The notes beneath the pieces are model-generated. The model was not told the DNA's origin. It worked only from the letters and a program-made list of their open reading frames with translations, and searched no databases. Both the position numbers and the translations under genes were made by a program. A stretch of DNA of 42,203 bases, from assembly GCA_043823375.1 (NCBI GenBank), contig JBDRAX010000229.1:1-42203 (forward strand), written 5' to 3'. This DNA comes from Candidatus Omnitrophota bacterium (GTDB lineage Bacteria > Omnitrophota > Gorgyraeia > Tantalellales > Tantalellaceae). Positions 39,007 to 42,203 of the stretch are shown piece after piece (the first letter of the stretch is position 1; each line of letters opens with the position of its first letter).

Positions 39007-40548
39007 ATGAATTTACCGATTAACGTTAATGACCTTATAAACGCACGGACAGTTGAATGGGAACGGCTTGAATTCAAGGAGGGGTGGAATCCTGAAGATG
39101 TTCTGCATACCATGTGCGCGTTTGCCAATGATGTCCATAATCTGGGCGGAGGTTATATCGTTGTTGGTATCGGGGAAAAGAAAGGGAAAGCTGATCTGTC
39201 GCCTTGCGGTTTAAAGATTAACCAGATCGATAAAATCCAAAAAAAGATAGTCGAACTGGGGTATAAAATACAGCCATACTATCATCCTATTGTTGTGCCG
39301 GGGGTGTACAAACGTAAACATATTGTTGTCTTGTGGTGTGTCGGCGGCCAGACCCGGCCGTACAAAGCGCCGGTTTCATTGTCAAAAACAAATGAACGGT
39401 TCGCGTATTATATCCGCAAAGCGTCTAAAACGGTTATGGCAAGATCTCAAGACGAAAAAGAATTATTTGCCCTTGCGGCTACTGTTCCTTTTGATGACAG
39501 GATAAACCATACGGCAGATCTTAAAGAACTTGATCTGGGGCTGATACGTGCTTATCTGCAGCAGGTTAAGAGTGATTTGTTCGAGGAAACCGCTAAAATG
39601 GATTTTGTCCAGCTTTGCCGGAATATGAATATTATTGACGGTCCTGATGAATTTTTGCGCCCTAAAAATGTGGGGCTCATGTTCTTTAACCGGAAACCGT
39701 ACAAATATTTTCCGCAGACTCAGATAGATGTTGTTCACTTCCCGCAGGGCGCGGGAGCGGACACTTTTTCGGAGAAGGAATTTAAAGGCCCGATCAATGT
39801 AATGTTGCGTGAAGCTTTAGCTCATATACGTAGTCAGGTTATTCAGGAGAAGATAGTTAAACATCCGGATCGGCCGGAAGCGGACCGGTTCTTTAACTAT
39901 CCATTCGGAGCTATTGAAGAAGCTTTATGTAATGCGGTATATCATCGTTCATATGAAATACCGGAGCCTGTTGAGGTTCGGATATTTCCTGACAGGATTG
40001 AAATCAAAAGTTTTCCCGGGCTTGATCAGTCTATCCGGAAAAAAGATATAAAAAATCTTAAGTTTGTAACGCGCAGGTATCGTAACCGGCGTATAGGTGA
40101 ATTCTTAAAAGAGCTTGATATGACTGAAGGCAGAGGTACCGGGATACCGAAAATGCTTCGGGAAATTGCGAAGAACGGTTCCGCGAAACCTGTTTTCCAT
40201 ACGGATGATGACCGCGCATTTCTTACGGTTGAATTTCCTGCGCATCCGTTGTTTTTAAAGGAAGATGATGCAGAGGCGATTTCTGTGTCACCGGCCCAGT
40301 CGGGGGCCCAGTCGGGGGCCCAGTCGGGGGCCCAGTCAGAACAGATATTGTACGCGCTTGCTGTGTCTCCCTTATCCATGGGTGAAATAGTCCATGTGTT
40401 AAAATTGAAAAGCAAAACGGGAGCGTTAAAGAGAGCTGTGAATGAGTTGCTTTTCGAAAACTATATTGAATATACTATTCCGGGAAAACCAAATAGCCGT
40501 TTGCAGAAGTATCGTTTAACAGAAAAGGGCAAAAAATATAAGAAATGA
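39007..40548 (+). CDS. Schlafen/AlbA_2 domain + HATPase_c_4 (RecG C-terminal-like) + winged-HTH protein
   Basis: EWERLEFK and CAFAN..GGGYIVVGI (AlbA_2); EALCNAVYHRSY and GRGTGIPKM (HATPase_c_4); PNSRLQKYRLTEKG C-terminal wHTH. Confidence 0.85.
   Translation: MNLPINVNDLINARTVEWERLEFKEGWNPEDVLHTMCAFANDVHNLGGGYIVVGIGEKKGKADLSPCGLKINQIDKIQKKIVELGYKIQPYYHPIVVPGVYKRKHIVVLWCVGGQTRPYKAPVSLSKTNERFAYYIRKASKTVMARSQDEKELFALAATVPFDDRINHTADLKELDLGLIRAYLQQVKSDLFEETAKMDFVQLCRNMNIIDGPDEFLRPKNVGLMFFNRKPYKYFPQTQIDVVHFPQGAGADTFSEKEFKGPINVMLREALAHIRSQVIQEKIVKHPDRPEADRFFNYPFGAIEEALCNAVYHRSYEIPEPVEVRIFPDRIEIKSFPGLDQSIRKKDIKNLKFVTRRYRNRRIGEFLKELDMTEGRGTGIPKMLREIAKNGSAKPVFHTDDDRAFLTVEFPAHPLFLKEDDAEAISVSPAQSGAQSGAQSGAQSEQILYALAVSPLSMGEIVHVLKLKSKTGALKRAVNELLFENYIEYTIPGKPNSRLQKYRLTEKGKKYKK
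40293..40337 (+). repeat. 12-bp in-frame tandem repeat, 3.75 copies of GGCCCAGTCGGG
   Basis: Exact copies encoding AQSG-AQSG-AQSG-AQS. Confidence 0.95.
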
Positions 40549-40793
40549 AAACATAAGAAAAACAGGATAATTTTCTTATGCTGAGAACTGAAAACAAAAA
40601 CATTTAAAATCCTGCTGTTCGGATAGTCCATGAAAGGGCTGTCTGACTGAGCCCATCGAAAACACACCTGGTGTCTCGGTTGAAACGCGTTGCCGCATAG
40701 TTGGTTACATCGTTCGCAACTGTTTTTCGCGCCTAAGTGTGCGTGTTCCTGAAATACGTGCCCGGGCCCCGCGGTTGATTTCGCTTAATATTC

Positions 40794-40822
40794 TTGCCCC
40801 TTATCGCGGAAGGTATTATAAT
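40794..40822 (+). promoter_or_regulatory. Sigma70-type promoter of trxA
   Basis: TTGCCC (40794-40799), 17-bp spacer, TATAAT (40817-40822); RBS GGAGG at 40849-40853. Confidence 0.65.
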
Positions 40823-40857
40823 ATTTTCAAAATATTATAGAAGGAAACGGAGGCATA

Positions 40858-41175
40858 ATGGAAACGGTCATAAATGATAACAATTTTAAACAGGAAGTGC
40901 TGGAATCCGATATACCGGTGCTCGTGGATTTCTGGGCCGAATGGTGCGGGCCGTGCCGCATGATCGCGCCTTCCATTGAAGCTGTAGCAAAAGAATACAG
41001 CGGCAAGATGAAAGTTTGTAAACTGAACGTGGAAGAGGGGCAGAAAATATCCGCGGATTATGGGGTTATGAACATCCCTACATTGTTATTTTTCAGACAG
41101 GGCAAAGTCGTTGATAAGGTTATCGGGGCTATTTCCAAAAGCGACCTTGTCGCGAAGATAAACGCGAATTTATAA
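40858..41175 (+). CDS. trxA: Thioredoxin
   Basis: VDFWAEWCGPC active site and IPT; 105 aa. Confidence 0.97.
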   Translation: METVINDNNFKQEVLESDIPVLVDFWAEWCGPCRMIAPSIEAVAKEYSGKMKVCKLNVEEGQKISADYGVMNIPTLLFFRQGKVVDKVIGAISKSDLVAKINANL

Positions 41176-41304
41176 TAAACAGTATAAATATGCTGCCGGG
41201 GAAAGAACAGTGTTTTTCCGTCTGTTTGTTCCGTATTTTTTCCGGAGATAACAATAGCATTGGGTATATATAATACATACGTAATGCAGGCAAATCAGGA
41301 AAAA

Positions 41305-41334
41305 TTGACATGCCGCATGACAGCATGTTAGAAT
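41305..41334 (+). promoter_or_regulatory. Sigma70-type promoter of rfaE/hldA
   Basis: TTGACA (41305-41310), 18-bp spacer, TGtTAGAAT extended -10. Confidence 0.65.
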
Positions 41335-41379
41335 ACCTGTTTACTTTTATATAAATATAGCGCGGATGAAGGAGGAGCA

Positions 41380-42203
41380 GTGAAACAGTTTAAATTTTCC
41401 AGTTTGAAAAATATAGTTGATAAGTTTGACGGAAAAAAGAGAGTGCTTGTTATCGGGGATCTTCTTCTCGACCAGTTTATCTGGGGGGATGTGTCCCGTA
41501 TTTCTCCGGAAGCTCCCGTACCTGTAGTCTGGGTCAAAAAAGAAGGTTTTATGCCGGGCGGGGCGTGTAATGTGGCTAATAACCTGGCGCATCTTGGCGC
41601 GGAAGTCAGTATAATCGGGATAGTCGGGGAGGACGATAACGCGGGTATCCTGCTCAGCCTGCTCAAGGAACGGGGCATTTCGACAGACGGTATCCTGGAA
41701 GATAATAGGCGGCCCACTATCCTCAAGACACGCGTTATCGCGCATCACCAGCAGGTGGTAAGGATAGACAGAGAAAATGTTGACCATATTGACGGCAGAT
41801 ATTTCAAAAAGATTAAGGAATATATTGATCGTAATATCCATAATTTCGATGCCATCATAATCGAAGATTACGGAAAGGGGCTCATCTCGCCGGCTCTCAT
41901 AAAATATATAGTCCAGCTCGCGAAAAAATACGGCAAGCTGGTTTCGGTTGACCCTAAAGAAAACCATTTTTCTTATTACAAAGAAGTAGGAGTAATAACT
42001 CCGAACCATCATGAAGCGGCAAAAGCTGTCGGGTTCCCTGTCAACAACGAGGAAAGCAGGATGAAAGCGGGGCGTAAGCTTCTTAAGGACAATAAAGCCG
42101 AAGTTATACTGCTGACACTCGGAGAAGAAGGTATGATGGTCTTTGAAAAAGGCAAAAAAGCTCCTCATAAGATACCTACTCTCGCGCAGGAAGTTTTTGA
42201 TGT
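41380..42203 (+). CDS. rfaE1: D-glycero-beta-D-manno-heptose-7-phosphate kinase (RfaE domain I / HldA), partial and running off the window
   Basis: Absent from the ORF track. GTG at 41380 after AAGGAGG; reads MKQFKF..VLVIGDLLLDQFIWGDVSRISPEAPVPV..PGGACNVANNL..DYGKG..TPNHHEA..TLGEEGM. Confidence 0.93.
   Translation, partial: MKQFKFSSLKNIVDKFDGKKRVLVIGDLLLDQFIWGDVSRISPEAPVPVVWVKKEGFMPGGACNVANNLAHLGAEVSIIGIVGEDDNAGILLSLLKERGISTDGILEDNRRPTILKTRVIAHHQQVVRIDRENVDHIDGRYFKKIKEYIDRNIHNFDAIIIEDYGKGLISPALIKYIVQLAKKYGKLVSVDPKENHFSYYKEVGVITPNHHEAAKAVGFPVNNEESRMKAGRKLLKDNKAEVILLTLGEEGMMVFEKGKKAPHKIPTLAQEVFD

Noticed and set aside
40293-40337. CRISPR array
   Set aside because: Contiguous 12-bp repeats without spacers, inside a coding frame.
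40552-40580. dif-like XerCD site (CATAA...TTATG)
   Set aside because: The arms are 19 bp apart rather than separated by the 6-bp dif core, and the XerD arm does not match.
41347-42168. 273-aa minus-strand ORF
   Set aside because: Antisense to the rfaE1 gene, which the ORF track missed because it lacks a stop within the window.

Overview
Bacterial chromosomal window from a diderm, LPS-producing organism. Gene content and order suggest a PVC-type lineage such as Ca. Omnitrophota, but this is inference only. All convincing genes lie on the + strand. Order: 3' end of a probable cysE; a 270-bp inverted-repeat cassette holding an internally deleted GxxExxY nuclease gene; cysS-tmk-holB-ricT(PSP1)-metG-MGMT-TatD/radical SAM fusion-CPBP protease-mtnA-thiL-tsaE-tsaB-alr; ilvB-ilvN-ilvC-leuA; aroE-pilD-aroC-aroK-HD-GYP-dprA-topA-xerC; an LPS block (waaA, lpxK, LpxL-ELM1 fusion, GT4-GT9 fusion, GT4, three more GT9 genes and an embedded macrodomain gene); an apparently foreign Schlafen/AlbA_2-HATPase-wHTH gene; trxA; and the 5' part of an rfaE/hldA heptose kinase. 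No rRNA, tRNA or CRISPR array was recognised. The most unusual items are the GxxExxY mini-element with nested inverted repeats, the LPS fusion proteins, the macrodomain among ADP-heptose transferases, the TatD-rSAM fusion and the Schlafen islet. All calls are by motif recognition; no searches were run.
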